Shown piece by piece: positions 15,701-26,260 of a DNA stretch of 64,000 nt. Position numbers and translations under genes: made by a program. The stretch is from Terracidiphilus sp. (GTDB lineage Bacteria; Acidobacteriota; Terriglobia; Terriglobales; Acidobacteriaceae): the NCBI GenBank assembly GCA_050013695.1, contig JBEKET010000013.1, positions 17,917 through 81,916 of the forward strand, in the 5' to 3' direction. Position 1 is the stretch's first letter; the number at the start of each line of letters is the position of its first letter. The notes beneath the pieces are model-generated. The model was given only the letters and a program-made list of their open reading frames with translations, was not told the DNA's origin and searched no databases.

Positions 15701-18687
15701 TCTTACGCAGAACGAGAAACGTGCTTCGGGTCGTGGCTTTCCCAATCTCCAATGCAGTTGTTTGCCTGGCAATGCTCTGTCTTGCGCCCTCCGTCGCAGC
15801 GCAGACGCAACCCGACCCCACGGTGCAAACCATACCCAACACCAGCGTGCAGGCTCAATCGGACGGCATGTCTGTTTCGCAGCCTGGACCGGGGATGAGC
15901 ATACCTGACAATTCGACGGGGCTCAACTCCTTGGAGAAGCCCACAGAAGATCCACGCAACGTGCTTGGTGCACCTCAGATCATTGCCATTGCACAGCAGA
16001 ACCCCGATGTAATTCTCGAACTCAAGTCCCTGGTGGCCGACCTGGCGCAGGCAAGAGGGATTCCATCACAGGCGGATGGAATTACCGATGATCAGCTTTT
16101 TAGCCAGATCGCCAGAGACAAAGTGTTGCGCGCAAGCATCACTCATTTGCTTTTGGCGCGGGGATATATCTCGGAAGAAGACATTGAGGTTGCGTCGCAG
16201 GAGAACGCGGACGAGAACGACAATCGGGCCGGGTTCGGGGCCCGTGACAAAAGGACGGATGTTGGTTTTGATAATCGCCTGAAGAATCCAGACACCGCGA
16301 ATGTGGCACGGGGGAATGAAGATTTAGCAACTCTTCCGCAATTCGACGATCAGCAATCGCCTTCAAGAACTCGTATCGCAGACAAGCACCAGGAACCAAA
16401 GGTTCAGCCGAACATCACAGATGAGCCGAAGTCGCTTCGCCGGGATGCGCCTTACAATCTGCTTTCGCTCAGGGATCTTTACACTCAGATTCCGGATTCG
16501 CCGGAGCAACTGAAGCGCTTCGGCGCGGAAGTGTTTACTCATCGCGAGACAGCCGTTGACAACTATCGTTCGTCTTCCGCGGTGAATGCAATGCCGCTCG
16601 ACGTTCCGCTCGGTCCGGATTACGTACTGGGGCCGGGAGATGAACTCAGTATCAGCTTGTGGGGCGGGGTATCCGAAAGCTTTACTCGTGCCATTAATCG
16701 CGAAGGAGCCATTTTGCTGCCGGAAGCGGGGCAGATTCAAGTAGCTGGGCTCACGCTGGGAAATGCGCAGGCCGCTATTGGCAATGCTCTGCAGCCTCAG
16801 TTTCGCGACGCGCACGTGGCCGTCACGCTGGCTCGCCTGCGCACCATCAGGATCTATGTGATAGGGGACGTGCAACGTCCTGGCGCATATGACATCAGTT
16901 CACTCGCATCACCGTTGAGCGCGCTCTATGCCGCGGGAGGGCCGACTGCAATCGGTTCGCTGCGCGTAATGCACCACACGCGCAACGGGAATTCGATTGG
17001 TGATATTGATCTCTACGACTTTCTTCTCCATGGAGTTCGGAATGCGGATGATCATCTGCAGGGCGGCGACACTCTTCTCGTTCCGCCGGCAGGGCCGCAA
17101 ATCGCATTCTATGGCGCGGTGAAACGCCCGGCGATTTATGAACTTCGCGATGAAAAGACCCTAGCGGCGGGTCTTGAAGATGCCGGAGGGTTTACCGTTG
17201 CCGCGGAACTGAGCCACATCACGATCGAACGCATCGTGGCCAACCAACACCGCGAAACCATTCCTGTGCAAGCCCCCGCATCCATTGGTCAAGCGAACGA
17301 AGAGAGTAACTTCGCAAATGTGGAATTGAGGGACGGCGATCGCGTTCGGGTTGGCACCGTGCTGCCTTCCAACGAGCGCGTGGTGTATCTCCAGGGACAC
17401 GTGGGCCGCCCCGGCAAGCTGGCTTATCGCGATGGATTGCATCTCGCCGATGTCTTGAAGAGTTATCGCGACTTACTTCCGGAACCGGCAGCAAAGGGAG
17501 AAATTGTCAGGCTTATAGCTCCCGACCTTCACCCGGAAACGATCACATTCAACCTTCCCGACGTGTTGATTGGAAACTCAAATCCATCTCTGCAGCCGTT
17601 CGACACCATCCGGGTTTTCGGCAGGTATGAGCGGGACTCTCCCAACGTAACTATCCAGGGCGAAGTGCAGCATCCGGGCTCCTACCCCATGTTCGACGGT
17701 ATGACTGCTGCTCAATTGGTGCGCGCTGCCGGTGGTTTCAAGCGGGACGCATCGCTCCAGGATGCGGATCTGATCAGCTATCACGTGGTGAACGACTCAG
17801 GCGTCAACATTGAGCGCCGTACTCTCTCGATTGGAGCCGCGGTCCTTCAGAACGATGCGCAGGCCGATTCAGCTCTTCAGCCAGGCGATGTGCTGACCAT
17901 CCATCAACTCACAGGGTGGAACGACATTGGCTCATCCATATTGATCCAGGGTGAAGTTGCGCATCCGGGGAGTTATGGATTCACAGAGGGCGAGCATTTG
18001 AGCGATGTTTTGAGACGCGCTGGAGGGTTTCGCGCCACTGCGTATCCGGAGGGCGCGGTTCTGACTCGCCCAGAAGTTCGCGTGCTTGAAGAAAAGAGCC
18101 GCGAGGAGCTGATTCGTCAGATCGAGACCAGTTCAGCCGCTGCCCGCATGTCTCCTACGATGGCAGCGGGCGATCAAGCGGCAACCCTGCAGCTGATTCA
18201 GCAGCAGCAGGACCAGGTGCTTTCGCGCCTGCGGAGTCAGCCGCCAAGCGGGCGGCTCGTGATTCACATCGACGGATCAATCGATCAATGGGCGGGCACT
18301 GAGGCTGATATTGAAGTGCGGAAGGGCGATGTGTTGCGCATTCCCAAGCGCCCTGGGTTTGTGCTGATCAGCGGCCAGGTGTACAACGCGTCAGCCATAA
18401 CGTTTAGTGCGGGAAAGACTGCCGGGTGGTATCTGGAGCGTGCCGGAGGAGCCACCTCGATCGCGAATCGCAAGGAGATATTTGTCATTCGCGCCAATGG
18501 TTCCGTGGTTGGTCGCCGTTCCGGAGAAGGCTATGGCCAAAATGTTTTGTCGACCAAGCTCGACCCCGGCGATGTGATTGTGGTGCCGCAGAAGATAGTC
18601 GGAACTTCAGTGGTCTGGAGAAACATTCTTGGTGCGGGGCAGATTGCGGCATCGCTTGCGATTGCTGCGGCTGTTGCGGGTCTTTAG
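15697..18687 (+). CDS. Polysaccharide export protein (OPX/Wza-like) with multiple SLBB domains
   Basis: DYVLGPGDELSISLWG export domain, repeated V.GEV..PG.Y SLBB units, LQPGDVL, C-terminal amphipathic helix. Start 15697 from ATGA coupling. Confidence 0.9.
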   Translation: MILRRTRNVLRVVAFPISNAVVCLAMLCLAPSVAAQTQPDPTVQTIPNTSVQAQSDGMSVSQPGPGMSIPDNSTGLNSLEKPTEDPRNVLGAPQIIAIAQQNPDVILELKSLVADLAQARGIPSQADGITDDQLFSQIARDKVLRASITHLLLARGYISEEDIEVASQENADENDNRAGFGARDKRTDVGFDNRLKNPDTANVARGNEDLATLPQFDDQQSPSRTRIADKHQEPKVQPNITDEPKSLRRDAPYNLLSLRDLYTQIPDSPEQLKRFGAEVFTHRETAVDNYRSSSAVNAMPLDVPLGPDYVLGPGDELSISLWGGVSESFTRAINREGAILLPEAGQIQVAGLTLGNAQAAIGNALQPQFRDAHVAVTLARLRTIRIYVIGDVQRPGAYDISSLASPLSALYAAGGPTAIGSLRVMHHTRNGNSIGDIDLYDFLLHGVRNADDHLQGGDTLLVPPAGPQIAFYGAVKRPAIYELRDEKTLAAGLEDAGGFTVAAELSHITIERIVANQHRETIPVQAPASIGQANEESNFANVELRDGDRVRVGTVLPSNERVVYLQGHVGRPGKLAYRDGLHLADVLKSYRDLLPEPAAKGEIVRLIAPDLHPETITFNLPDVLIGNSNPSLQPFDTIRVFGRYERDSPNVTIQGEVQHPGSYPMFDGMTAAQLVRAAGGFKRDASLQDADLISYHVVNDSGVNIERRTLSIGAAVLQNDAQADSALQPGDVLTIHQLTGWNDIGSSILIQGEVAHPGSYGFTEGEHLSDVLRRAGGFRATAYPEGAVLTRPEVRVLEEKSREELIRQIETSSAAARMSPTMAAGDQAATLQLIQQQQDQVLSRLRSQPPSGRLVIHIDGSIDQWAGTEADIEVRKGDVLRIPKRPGFVLISGQVYNASAITFSAGKTAGWYLERAGGATSIANRKEIFVIRANGSVVGRRSGEGYGQNVLSTKLDPGDVIVVPQKIVGTSVVWRNILGAGQIAASLAIAAAVAGL

Positions 18688-18694
18688 GAGCGGC

Positions 18695-20029
18695 ATGACA
18701 GAACCGATTGAATCGCCGGCAAGCATGCCAATGCCCACCGCGGCATCGAATGCGGAAAGCGATGCGAATCTCCGTCCAAATTGGATCACAAACACTTCTG
18801 TCTTGTTGCGGCATAGACGGTTTCTTGCGCGAGCTGTTGGCGTTGCCTTTCTGGTGAATATCGCCATCGCATTTCTCATTCCTAAACAGTTTCAATCGAC
18901 AGCGCGGATCATGCCGCCCGAGAACTCTGGATCAGGAACGGCACTGCTCGCCGCACTGACGGGGCGGGCGCTGGGGGGCGACGCGATTGGAGGTCTTGCC
19001 GCGAGCCTTATTGGAGGCCATAACACAGGTTCTCTTTTTATCGACCTGCTGAAGAGCGATACAATAACCGGCCATCTTGTCGACCGCTTCCAACTCCAAT
19101 CCGTTTATGGCAAAAGATATCGCGTGGACGCATGCAAAGCGCTCGTCCGCCGCACCCGCGTCGAGCAAGACAAGAAGAGCGGAGTTATCACCATCGTCGT
19201 TACGGATGAGAGCGCACAACGCGCGCGTGACATCGCGCAGGCATATCTCGACGAGTTAGACGTGGTTGTCAACCGGACCAACACTTCATCGGCGCATCGC
19301 GAACGAATGTTTATAGAAAACCGATTGTCCGCGGTGAGGGTGAATCTTGACCGGGCACAGGACGCCCTGAGCAACTTTTCCAGTACCAACATGACGGTTG
19401 ATCTTAAGGAACAGACACGCGCGACCGTTGATGCGGCAGCGACGCTCGAGGCAGAGCTCATTACGACGCAGGGAGAGGTGACTTCCCTGGATCAGATTTA
19501 TGGCGACGGCAATGTGCGCGTTCGGGCCGCTCAAGCGCGCGCCGCCAATCTGCGAAAGGAATTGGCAAAGCTGGGAGGCACTTCCGATTCGCTTTCAAAG
19601 GACGTCGATGATGATCCTGAATCGAGGATCGCGAAGAAGAATTCGGATGGCCTCGAGTATCCGGCGCTGCGCCAGTTGCCTCGACTCGCGGTGCCTTACG
19701 CAAATCTCTACCGAAATGTGCGGGTTCAGGAAACTGTTTTCGAACTCCTTACACAGCAATTCGAGATTGCGCAAATTCAGGAAGCCAAAGACATTCCCAT
19801 ATTGAGTGTCATCGATTCTCCGGGCATTGCGGAAAAGAAATCGTTTCCGCCACGGACACTCTTGATCCTGATCCTAACCATCGTTGAAGGCCTCACAGTT
19901 TCAGCGATTATCGTCGTGCGCTTTCACTGGCGAGCCGTCGATCTGAACGATCCGCGGCGCGTGATTGCGGCAGAGGCATCCCATGCTTTTCGGGAGTTTC
20001 TGCGTCGTGCGCGGACTGGCGGGAACTGA
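18695..20029 (+). CDS. Polysaccharide co-polymerase / chain-length regulator (Wzz/GumC-like, no kinase domain)
   Basis: Two TMs flanking a coiled-coil periplasmic region; PKQFQSTARIMPP; VIDSPGIAEKKSFPPR before TM2. Confidence 0.85.
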   Translation: MTEPIESPASMPMPTAASNAESDANLRPNWITNTSVLLRHRRFLARAVGVAFLVNIAIAFLIPKQFQSTARIMPPENSGSGTALLAALTGRALGGDAIGGLAASLIGGHNTGSLFIDLLKSDTITGHLVDRFQLQSVYGKRYRVDACKALVRRTRVEQDKKSGVITIVVTDESAQRARDIAQAYLDELDVVVNRTNTSSAHRERMFIENRLSAVRVNLDRAQDALSNFSSTNMTVDLKEQTRATVDAAATLEAELITTQGEVTSLDQIYGDGNVRVRAAQARAANLRKELAKLGGTSDSLSKDVDDDPESRIAKKNSDGLEYPALRQLPRLAVPYANLYRNVRVQETVFELLTQQFEIAQIQEAKDIPILSVIDSPGIAEKKSFPPRTLLILILTIVEGLTVSAIIVVRFHWRAVDLNDPRRVIAAEASHAFREFLRRARTGGN

Positions 20030-20157
20030 ACCCTTCGATCTCTTGCTTCCGCTTTGGAGCATCACCTTGATCAATTCTTATCTCGGCCAATTAAGACCGA
20101 GTCTGAAGCACAACTTGAACCAGCAACACCGTTCCGCAACGTAAGGAGGGTCCGCAC

Positions 20158-21348
20158 GTGAGAATTGTTATCGCCGCCTTAACCGCTCCATGCAGCCTCA
20201 ACGGCGTCTCGCGGCATGCGGCCAACCTGGCACGCGGTCTGGTGTCTTTGCCCGACCCGCCTGAAGTGCATTTTCTCGCAGGGCAGTGGCAGCGGGAGAT
20301 GTACCCGCCGGCCATTGCACGAACCAATTCGCAATTTCATCTTCACTGGATCCAAATCCCGCGAAGTAACTTCGGCAGGATTGCATGGTATTACCGGGAT
20401 CTTCCATCCATTGCGGCGCAGCTTGAGGCCGACGTGGTGCACATGGCATGTCCAGCCCCGGTGCAACGCCGCGCCTACAAGTGCCCCACTGTCGTCAGCC
20501 TGCACGATCTATACCCGTTTGAGATTCCCAAAAACTTTGGAATCGTAAGGAGTGAAATCAGTCGCCGGTTGATGAGTCAGTGTCTCATGAAAGTTGACGC
20601 GGTTGCTTGTGTATCGGACTTCACCAGGTCGCGGATTTCGCATTGGTTTCCTCCGGAGATCAGCGAAAAGGCACTGACGATTCCCAACTCGGTTACGCCC
20701 ATCTTTGGCGCCGGGACGGCCCCGCAGCAGCTTCGGGGCGGGCAGCCGTTTGTGCTGTGCATTGCGCAGCATCGCCAAAACAAGAATGTTCCGCTGGCGC
20801 TCAGAATCTTCTTCCAGGCGTTGAAAGCGAAAATCCTTCCGGCACATTCCCGGTTTCTTTTACTGGGCATCGCAGGGCCGGACACTCGCAGGATATTGAG
20901 GGATGTCCAAAGCCTGGGCCTGGAAGATCGAGTGCTCACCTTAAGTGGAATCAGCGATCAGGATTTGCAATGGTGCTATCGCAATTGTTCCCTGCTGCTG
21001 GCGCCGTCATCGATTGAGGGCTTTGGGTTGCCTATCGCTGAGGCGTTGATCACCGGTTGTCCGGTAGTGTGCTCCGATATTCCGCCGTTCCGCGAAGTCG
21101 GCGGGAATCGCTGCCACTACATCCGCTTCGGCGATGGTTTGATGAATGAATATCTTGAAGCCATTCGCCAAGCCTTGAGAGATCCGCGTCGATTTGGTGC
21201 GTCGATGCCGCAACTCGCACCTGTTTCGATCGCGGCGAGGTATGTGGACCTTTACCAGCACTTGATAGAGTCCCACAGCGTCTCGCAAAATGGTATGCTA
21301 CGGCATCTCGATTCGGAAACTCGAACGATTGGAGTTCCGGTTGACTGA
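20158..21348 (+). CDS. Glycosyltransferase family 4 (GT-B)
   Basis: SLHDLYP, EGFGLPIAEA (ExFGxxxxE), VVCSDIP. GTG start after AAGGAGG. Confidence 0.9.
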   Translation: MRIVIAALTAPCSLNGVSRHAANLARGLVSLPDPPEVHFLAGQWQREMYPPAIARTNSQFHLHWIQIPRSNFGRIAWYYRDLPSIAAQLEADVVHMACPAPVQRRAYKCPTVVSLHDLYPFEIPKNFGIVRSEISRRLMSQCLMKVDAVACVSDFTRSRISHWFPPEISEKALTIPNSVTPIFGAGTAPQQLRGGQPFVLCIAQHRQNKNVPLALRIFFQALKAKILPAHSRFLLLGIAGPDTRRILRDVQSLGLEDRVLTLSGISDQDLQWCYRNCSLLLAPSSIEGFGLPIAEALITGCPVVCSDIPPFREVGGNRCHYIRFGDGLMNEYLEAIRQALRDPRRFGASMPQLAPVSIAARYVDLYQHLIESHSVSQNGMLRHLDSETRTIGVPVD

Positions 21349-21357
21349 TAGGGAAAT

Positions 21358-21373
21358 TGTCATTGCATTGTCA
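21358..21373 (+). promoter_or_regulatory. Tandem TGTCA box C upstream of the response regulator (putative autoregulatory site)
   Basis: ATTGTCATTGC-ATTGTCATTTT: TGTCA at 21358 and 21369, about 50 bp upstream of the ATG. Confidence 0.7.
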
Positions 21374-21424
21374 TTTTCGCCCAGGATTGAAGGGCCAGCA
21401 TGCATTACGGAGGAAAATGGAACC

Positions 21425-22162
21425 ATGGCCAGGGAATCGGGTGTTGCCGCAGTCGAGCAGGAGGAAGTGTCTTCTCAAGGAAATCTGGGCGTGATCCTCG
21501 TGGTCGAAGACGACCCAAGGATGCAGCGCGTGCTGACCAGGATGTTCCTCGCGGAGCACTACGATGTCATCACTGCGGGTGACGGACAAACCGGCCTTGA
21601 TCTATTCCGCTCGCGTCATCCCGTCGCCGTCGTACTCGATCTGATCCTGCCGCAGATATCGGGTCGTGAGTTATGCCAAAAGTTCAAAGCAATTTCCAGC
21701 GACACGCCTGTGCTTGTGGTCAGCGCGATTGCGGAAGTGGTAGACAAGGTGCTCCTGCTTGAACTGGGTGCGGACGATTACGTAACCAAGCCCTTCAGTC
21801 CACGCGAACTGATGGCGCGAGTGCAGGCTGCAATCCGCCGCCGGCGCAAGCCCGCCACTGCGACCTCTTTTCATTTTGCGGATTGTGAAGTGGACTTCAA
21901 GAAAATGACGGTTCACCGCAACGGCCATCCGATTCAACTCACTTCACATGAGTTCAAACTGCTCAAGTTTTTCACTGACCACGCGGAGCGAGTGCTCAGC
22001 CGCGAAGAACTCCTGAATGAGGTATGGGGCTACAACTGCTATCCGACTACCAGGACCGTTGACAATCAAATCCTCAAGCTTCGGCAGAAACTGGAACCGA
22101 ATCCCACAGACCCCCGCCACCTGCTGACCATCTACGGCGCCGGGTACAAATTCGTTCCCTGA
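21425..22162 (+). CDS. OmpR/PhoB-family response regulator
   Basis: ILVVEDD, VVLDLILP (phospho-Asp), GADDYVTKPF, wHTH with RTVDNQILKLRQKLE and TIYGAGYKF. ATG 21425 after GGAGG. Confidence 0.95.
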   Translation: MARESGVAAVEQEEVSSQGNLGVILVVEDDPRMQRVLTRMFLAEHYDVITAGDGQTGLDLFRSRHPVAVVLDLILPQISGRELCQKFKAISSDTPVLVVSAIAEVVDKVLLLELGADDYVTKPFSPRELMARVQAAIRRRRKPATATSFHFADCEVDFKKMTVHRNGHPIQLTSHEFKLLKFFTDHAERVLSREELLNEVWGYNCYPTTRTVDNQILKLRQKLEPNPTDPRHLLTIYGAGYKFVP

Positions 22163-22167
22163 TTGAG

Positions 22168-24006
22168 ATGGTGGACGGACCGATCACAAGCGCTTCCACG
22201 ACGGCAAGCAATTCTCCCAAAGAGAATAGGGGACTGCGCACGCGTGTCCTGCTGACGCTCGCCATGGCCGGCATCATTGCAGGCACCACGGTGGTGAGCG
22301 TGCTGGCGATTCGCCAGCCTCTTCAAGCGCTCTTTGTCAGAAGTGTTTCGTCGGACCTCGACAATTCCATCGCGACTTTTGCGAAGTTTCAAGCGGAGCG
22401 ACTGGTTGCTCTCGACCGTGAAAATGCGCTGTTGGCCGACCTGCCGGACCTCAGGGCCCTGATGACGACTAACGATGAAAGGACAATCGATGACGGCGCA
22501 GTGAGGTTCTGGAAGTTGAGTGGATCAGATCTGTTCGCGCTCGCTGACACCAATGGGCATATCGTCGCGGCGTTTAATAGTGCGTCGTCCGCCGGACAGC
22601 CTTTGCGGAAGGATTTGCGGGCGTATGTGAGCGGCGCACCGACTCCGTTCCTGGTGAGCGGAAATCACTTGTTCGGTTGCTCTGTCAGGCCCATCTATTT
22701 CGGCAGCCAATCGGAAGGCACCGTTCTTGGGTACGTCATCAGCGGATTCGCCATCGATCGCGCCGCTGTTGAACAGCTGAGCCAGGCAACTGGCGTGAAT
22801 GCGTCCTTCTTGTCCGGCGATCTCCTGCTGGCTAGTTCGTTCAAACCGGCATTGGAGACGCAGATGTCGACTGTGCATGTGCCTGCCGCAAATCATCCGG
22901 AGGAGCCGTTCAAGATTGTACTTGGCGGTGAATCGTATTTGGCCGTCGTGCGCATTCTCTCGATGAATGATTCTGTTCCGTTGCGGTTGATCGAATTGAA
23001 ATCTCTCAATCAGGAAGAGCGGACCATTCGCCAGATTGACCGCATCGTGCTCTCAGCGGGGCTGCTGGCCCTGGTGCTTGGAACGGCTTTGATGTTCCTG
23101 CTCTCACGCGCCGTGACACGCCCGCTGGAGGAACTGGCAGCCGGCGTGCGAGCGTTTGCCGAAGGGGACAGTGCGTATCTGTTGCCCTATCGAGGCACCC
23201 GCGAGGTGCGTGAGTTGAGCGCCGCTTTCGGCGGAATGCGGAAGGAAATCCTGCAAGCCAACCAATCTCTTTTGGAATCGGAACGGCTGGCCACCATTGG
23301 CCGCATGGCTAGCTCGGTTTCTCACGACCTGCGCCACTATCTCGCCGCGGTCTACGCAAATGCGGAATTCCTCGCCACCGGTAACCTCACAATAGAGGAT
23401 CGCAACGAGATTCTTGGCGAGATTCGATCGGCGGTGAACGGTACGACTGACCTGTTGGAATCCCTCCTGATTATCAGCAGATCAGGGCCCGGCATTCGCA
23501 GATCACAGTACCTTGTTGCCTCAGCCGTCGAGAAGGTGATGGGTATGATCCACGCGCATCCCGACGCTGCTGGTGTGCAGTTCTCAGTTCACCTCTGCAA
23601 TCCGGATTTGACCAGTGCCGTCATCGACGCGACGCAGGTCGAACGTGCCGTGTTTAATCTTTTGTTGAACGCGTGCCAGGCACCGCGTTCCACAGACGCC
23701 GCGCCCACTGTCTCGATCGATCTCGAGGCGTATGAGACGGAGGTCGTCATTGAAGTAACAGACAACGGAGATGGAGTTCCAGTCGGAATTCGCAACACTC
23801 TCTTCGACCCATTCATCAGCGAGGGGAAACAGAAGGGCTCGGGCCTGGGACTGACATTGACTCAATGCATTGCCGTTGAACACGGCGGCAACGTCACCCT
23901 GGTGCGCAGCAGCCCGGGTGAGACGGTCTTTCGCATGTCAATCACGAGGAGTGGCGATGCGCCTCTCACGCTGACTTCGACTCGTACTGAAATGGAGATG
24001 TTATGA
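22168..24006 (+). CDS. Sensor histidine kinase (periplasmic domain, HAMP, HisKA, HATPase)
   Basis: Two TMs, HAMP (VTRPLEELA), H-box SHDLRH, NLLLNA, DNGDG, GSGLGL. Confidence 0.95.
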   Translation: MVDGPITSASTTASNSPKENRGLRTRVLLTLAMAGIIAGTTVVSVLAIRQPLQALFVRSVSSDLDNSIATFAKFQAERLVALDRENALLADLPDLRALMTTNDERTIDDGAVRFWKLSGSDLFALADTNGHIVAAFNSASSAGQPLRKDLRAYVSGAPTPFLVSGNHLFGCSVRPIYFGSQSEGTVLGYVISGFAIDRAAVEQLSQATGVNASFLSGDLLLASSFKPALETQMSTVHVPAANHPEEPFKIVLGGESYLAVVRILSMNDSVPLRLIELKSLNQEERTIRQIDRIVLSAGLLALVLGTALMFLLSRAVTRPLEELAAGVRAFAEGDSAYLLPYRGTREVRELSAAFGGMRKEILQANQSLLESERLATIGRMASSVSHDLRHYLAAVYANAEFLATGNLTIEDRNEILGEIRSAVNGTTDLLESLLIISRSGPGIRRSQYLVASAVEKVMGMIHAHPDAAGVQFSVHLCNPDLTSAVIDATQVERAVFNLLLNACQAPRSTDAAPTVSIDLEAYETEVVIEVTDNGDGVPVGIRNTLFDPFISEGKQKGSGLGLTLTQCIAVEHGGNVTLVRSSPGETVFRMSITRSGDAPLTLTSTRTEMEML

Positions 24007-25529
24007 AACCAACAATCTCTGCCAGGACTGTTTTGAAAAGATGCCTTCCGCGCGCGGCAACAGCAAGGGCGGCGACTACGGTTGTTGCGGCCCTCCTCTG
24101 CTGCCTGCCTTACACCGTACGAGCGCAGGAAAGCGTGGCAGAGAAGATTGAACGGCTCGACGGGCTCATGATCCGTGTGCAAGCGCAGCTCGAAGAGTCA
24201 CAGCACGAATTGAAGGATATTCAGCAACAACTTTCGGCGCTGCGTGGACAGGCAGGACTTCCGGGAAAGAACGCCCCGGACGCGACGGCCAATCCAGCGG
24301 CAACGCAGTTGGCTGCGGCGGTGGAAGAGCTGCGCGAAAAGCAGGACGTGCAGGAGTCCCAGGTAGCCGCGCAGGAACAGGCGAAAGTTGGAAGCGAGTC
24401 GCGGTATCCTGTGACGCTCAGCGGGATGGTCCTTTTCAACGGTTTTGTGAATACGCACGGAGTCGATGCTGCGCCCACTCCGGCCATAGCGTTCTCAGGG
24501 CCAGGCACAACAGGGGCCTCGCTTCGTCAATCCGTTCTTGGCATCGACGCCAGCGGACCGCATCTTTTCGGCTCCCAAAGTCACGCGGATCTTCGCATGG
24601 ATTTCGACGGCGGAACACCGAACAGCGGCTACTCAGATGTGGTTGGGACCGTGCGTTTACGAACCGCGCATGCGGAACTGGACTGGCAGCACACGAAAGC
24701 ATTCTTTGCTCTGGATCGGCCAATTCTCAGCCCGGATGCGCCAACTTCGCTCACCGCAGTGGGGGAACCGGCTCTGGCATGGTCGGGAAATCTCTGGGCA
24801 TGGAATCCACAAGCCGGAGTTTCGGAAGAGTTGCCAATTCATCGGGCCGCATCTTTCGAGATGCAGGCGGCGTTGATTGATGTAACCAACCCGCCAAGCA
24901 GCAACATGAATGCTGCGCCCTTGCCACTTGTCGTACCGTCTACATCGGAATTGAGCCGTTGGCCGGGAGTCGAGGCACGCGTGTCACTCAACCATCCCAT
25001 CGCCGACAGCGAAGCGCATTTTGGTGTTGGCGGCTTCTTCGCGCCGCATCGAACCGGGGGAGGAGCGGACTTTGACTCATGGGCAGGCACCGCGGATTTT
25101 CATCTTCCGGTCTTTTCGCACTTTGATCTTATGGGGAGTGCTTATCGCGGCCAGGCGCTCGGTGGCCTTGGAGCAGGGGCCTACAAGGATTTTGTCTCAA
25201 CCGTCTATGATGGCGAATACTACTTCCGTACAGTCGACGACATGGGCGGATGGATCCAGGCAAAACAGAGGATCAATCAACGGCTTGAATTCAATGAGGC
25301 CCTGGGAATCGACAATGTACCGGCCTATCAACTTCGACCCTACGCGATGCCCGGGCCGAGCAGTTACTACAATCTCGCTCGAAATCGAACCTTCACCAGT
25401 AACTTGATCTTCAAACCGAGCGCCTATCTTTTGTATTCGATTGAGTATCGCCGCATTGAATCGTCTTATGTGAACTCGCCAACGGCATGGAGCGATGTGA
25501 TTGGCATTGCCGCAGGATACAAATTCTGA
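24003..25529 (+). CDS. Outer-membrane beta-barrel protein with N-terminal coiled coil
   Basis: Signal peptide, coiled coil (QLEESQHELKDIQQQL), beta-strand pattern ending AAGYKF; ATGA-coupled to the kinase. Confidence 0.7.
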   Translation: MKPTISARTVLKRCLPRAATARAATTVVAALLCCLPYTVRAQESVAEKIERLDGLMIRVQAQLEESQHELKDIQQQLSALRGQAGLPGKNAPDATANPAATQLAAAVEELREKQDVQESQVAAQEQAKVGSESRYPVTLSGMVLFNGFVNTHGVDAAPTPAIAFSGPGTTGASLRQSVLGIDASGPHLFGSQSHADLRMDFDGGTPNSGYSDVVGTVRLRTAHAELDWQHTKAFFALDRPILSPDAPTSLTAVGEPALAWSGNLWAWNPQAGVSEELPIHRAASFEMQAALIDVTNPPSSNMNAAPLPLVVPSTSELSRWPGVEARVSLNHPIADSEAHFGVGGFFAPHRTGGGADFDSWAGTADFHLPVFSHFDLMGSAYRGQALGGLGAGAYKDFVSTVYDGEYYFRTVDDMGGWIQAKQRINQRLEFNEALGIDNVPAYQLRPYAMPGPSSYYNLARNRTFTSNLIFKPSAYLLYSIEYRRIESSYVNSPTAWSDVIGIAAGYKF

Positions 25530-26260
25530 TGATGTGTGGAGACACTCCAATTCGGATCCGCTGTCTGATGTTCTGCGGATTTGCGTTTCTTTCACTGCTG
25601 GCTGGGGCGCAGGATGCGCAGGCTCCCCGGCTCGCGGAGTTGCATGCGCGCATTGAGCTCGCGCCGCGCCAGATGAAGGGCCATCCTCCCGCGGCAGTCC
25701 TTTGGCTAACGCAGCTTTCTGCCGATGCGGCCAGCCGGACTGTATCTCCCGGCCGCTTCACGCTGGTCCAGAAAAACCGCATGTTCACACCTCACCTGCT
25801 GGTTGTGCCGGTTGGGAGCGTTGTTGCGTTTCCCAACGCCGATCCTTTTTTTCACAACGTCTTTTCCCTATTCAACGGCAAGAGATTCGATCTCGGCCTA
25901 TATGAAGCAGGGAAGTCAAAAGACGTGGTTTTTTCCCGCGAGGGCGTGTCTTACATCTTCTGCAATATTCATCCGGAGATGAGCGCGGTTGTGCTCGCGC
26001 TCTCCACGCCCTATTTTGCCATCGCTGATCAGAACGAAAATGTTCATCTCGACAATATCCCCGCCGGAGAATACGAACTTCACGCGTGGGTCGAGGGACT
26101 GACGCAGCCGGATCTGGATCGCCTGGTGCGGCGCGTACGTCTCGGTCCCGGCAAATCGGAGTCAATCACGCTTGACGCGCGCGACCTTTCGCGTGAGCCG
26201 CCTGGTCATCTGAACAAATTTGGCCAACCGTATGCGCAGCCTGCAAAGCCCGATTACTGA
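25529..26260 (+). CDS. Secreted cupredoxin (type-1 copper) with C-terminal Ig-like domain
   Basis: FPNADPFFHNVFS and FCNIHPEM give His/Cys/His/Met ligands; TGATG coupling. Confidence 0.75.
   Translation: MMCGDTPIRIRCLMFCGFAFLSLLAGAQDAQAPRLAELHARIELAPRQMKGHPPAAVLWLTQLSADAASRTVSPGRFTLVQKNRMFTPHLLVVPVGSVVAFPNADPFFHNVFSLFNGKRFDLGLYEAGKSKDVVFSREGVSYIFCNIHPEMSAVVLALSTPYFAIADQNENVHLDNIPAGEYELHAWVEGLTQPDLDRLVRRVRLGPGKSESITLDARDLSREPPGHLNKFGQPYAQPAKPDY

Noticed and set aside
15697-18687. Idea that the OPX lacks an OM helix and needs one of the barrels as exit pore
   Set aside because: A C-terminal amphipathic helix is present; cannot be supported without modelling.
26166-26260. 95-bp convergent overlap of the GT26 and cupredoxin 3-prime ends
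   Set aside because: GT26 tail looks like non-conserved run-on; such overlaps are common and no function is evident.
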